DNA of 63,892 bases, the filler included, from Reticulomyxa filosa (lineage: Eukaryota > Protista > Foraminifera), in assembly GCA_000512085.1 (NCBI GenBank). It is 24 parts of 24 records of this genome, joined end to end, with 100 filler letters (N's around TTAATTAATTAA, not from the genome) between each part and the next. Parts side by side here need not be neighbours in the genome. Positions count along the whole stretch, not along the records: positions 61,470 to 62,469 come from ASPP01045875.1; positions 62,570 to 63,892 come from ASPP01003962.1; 22 more parts are not named here. The stretch is one strand, 5' to 3'. Under the pieces are notes generated by a model that did no database searches, was not told the DNA's origin, and saw only the letters and a list, made by a program, of their open reading frames with translations. The translations under genes and the position numbers were made by a program. Positions within the stretch are counted from its first letter, which is position 1; each line of letters opens with the position of its first letter. Below are positions 62,211 to 63,892 of the stretch, one piece after another.

Positions 62211-63892
62211 AGACTTATTTTAACAAGAAAAGCTGAGTTTAGGGAAATGTACAATGAATGGAGCGATGTATAAATAACACATTGTGAATGTACAGAACTT
62301 TTGTGTGTGTTTGCACTGCACAATCCTATGAGTGTGGCGTTCTTGGTACTTGCTTTGAACTAGTGGGGAAAAAGTTCTGACAAAAAAAAAGACAATAAAA
62401 CAAGTAAATTGAAAGCAAAACAAAGATTATATCTCTGATGATACGACATCAATTCAACAACACAAAAGANNNNNNNNNNNNNNNNNNNNNNNNNNNNNNN
62501 NNNNNNNNNNNNNTTAATTAATTAANNNNNNNNNNNNNNNNNNNNNNNNNNNNNNNNNNNNNNNNNNNNAAAAAAACAAAATCACTTTTTTAAGTTGAAA
62601 AATAATTTAAAAAAGAAAAAAGACGTAACAGTGTTTTGCGAAGAGTGCAAATATCACCCTAATTACGAACTGGCACTAGAAGAGAGACAACCAAAGAAAA
62701 AAAAAAAGACCTTTTTTTAAGTAAGACACAAATGCACAACTCATAAATGTTTATTAAAAAAGATGACAATTTGCAATTTTTTGTAATATTTTGACATTTT
62801 TGACAAGCAACTTGAAAAAAAATAATTGTTCAAATTTTTGTATATTATTTCACTTTTGATTTGTAATTCAAAAATCGATAATTGAAAATGAAATTTTTTT
62901 TAGAATAAATTCTTAGTTTTTGGGTAATGTTTTTCTCTTCCAGAGAAAAAGTTTTCCCTTTTTAGAAAAAGTTCTTTTAAACATTACGAATGTGGTTTGG
63001 CTCTTTTCTCTTCAAACAATCAAACAATCCAAAGTATACAACATGGAGTTCGCTTCTCGAGGATTCCTTCTACAATGCACTTTCTGCAAAAATGCAACAA
63101 TTACCGAAAAAGAAAGAACAGAGTCAGTGTAAATCCAACACAACCAAAATAACAACATCATTCAAATAAAAGATGCTGTCATCGCGGCCTAAACAAATAC
63201 GTTTTTCTGTTGTGATCTATACTGATTGGCAATATTCAGGTTGACGTTGTGTATCTCTTCACAATCAAAGCGATTATATTAATTAATTTTTTTTTTCGAA
63301 AGTGAATAATAACATAAAATTATTCATAAATAAATAAACAAATCAGATATTCGATCATACACCATTTCCACAATAAAAAATAAAGTCTATGATATTATCT
63401 TCTGTTCATCGATCGAAATTGATGGTCCATAGTAATCAGTACGTGGAATTATAAAAAATCATCACAACAATGGAGGATCAATTGTTACAACGAAGTTTCT
63501 CAAGGTTAATGTACGTATTAGTTTGTTTTTTTTTTTAGCGCTTTTTTACCAAAAACTTTTTTTATTAAATCATGCCTATGTTGTATTGTAATCCCTTTTT
63601 TTCCAGTTTTTAATTTGTTGAATTGCATGTCAATTTTTGACAGCTTAAAAAAAAAAAAAAAATCTGTTGACTTTTTAACAAATGTGTTCAAGTACATTGA
63701 AAAACAATTGGTTAGGTATTTTTAATTGGCTGAATTTAACTACTTTACCACCAAAGAGGTCTGCAAATTATCCGTCGACGAATAGATTGAGCGTGGTGGT
63801 TACCAAAGACACAAATGCGCAAGATGAGGAGTTTGAATTGAATCGTCACAGTTTACCCTCCCATCAGCAAAGAAGAAAAAAGTTGTTGATGT

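Noticed and set aside
1605-62569. Recurring TTAATTAATTAA palindromes as a biological repeat, CRISPR-like array or recombination site
   Set aside because: Always centred in exactly 44+44 Ns. It is a synthetic six-frame-stop linker, and ORFs running into X residues are artefacts.
62570-63892. Possible gene starting near 63470 (MEDQLLQRSFSRL) and ORF 62920-63132
   Set aside because: Too short and without recognisable motifs to support a call.

Overview
This window is not one locus. It is 24 unrelated short contigs joined by 23 identical artificial 100-bp spacers (N44-TTAATTAATTAA-N44), so no synteny can be read across spacers. Most contigs come from an AT-rich, intron-containing, standard-code protist. 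The expanded WD40/Kelch pseudogene families and the poly(T)/(TA)n introns resemble the foraminiferan Reticulomyxa filosa (inference from recalled family signatures). Its recognisable genes are WDR6-like, kinesin-9/KIF6, a VWA protein, an MPPED-like phosphoesterase, RING and UBX proteins, VPS13, a 14-3-3 pseudogene, CCDC93, RNF213-like, a crotonase/MFE, TRMT2A-like and a PKA/PKG kinase, plus several Tc1 relics. Three contigs are bacterial: one GC-rich sugar ABC transporter, and two AT-rich contigs with IS3, two IS1-like copies, tRNA-Leu(CAA) and pseudogenes that look like a degrading symbiont. The main candidate for a new system is at 49747-56882. It holds a decayed retroelement with a structured leader, a very long frameshifted ORF1 (three CCHC zinc knuckles, a CX5R phosphatase and a CCCH finger) and a truncated Penelope-like reverse transcriptase. 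The contig ends in (CTTAGGG)n telomere-like repeats. The second candidate is a RelA/SpoT-like domain fused to a NACHT NTPase (43771-45330). The third is a bacterial PD-(D/E)xK-like plus DSR1-tail-like gene flanked by ISs (9185-10800). All family calls come from motif recognition by eye; no searches were run.
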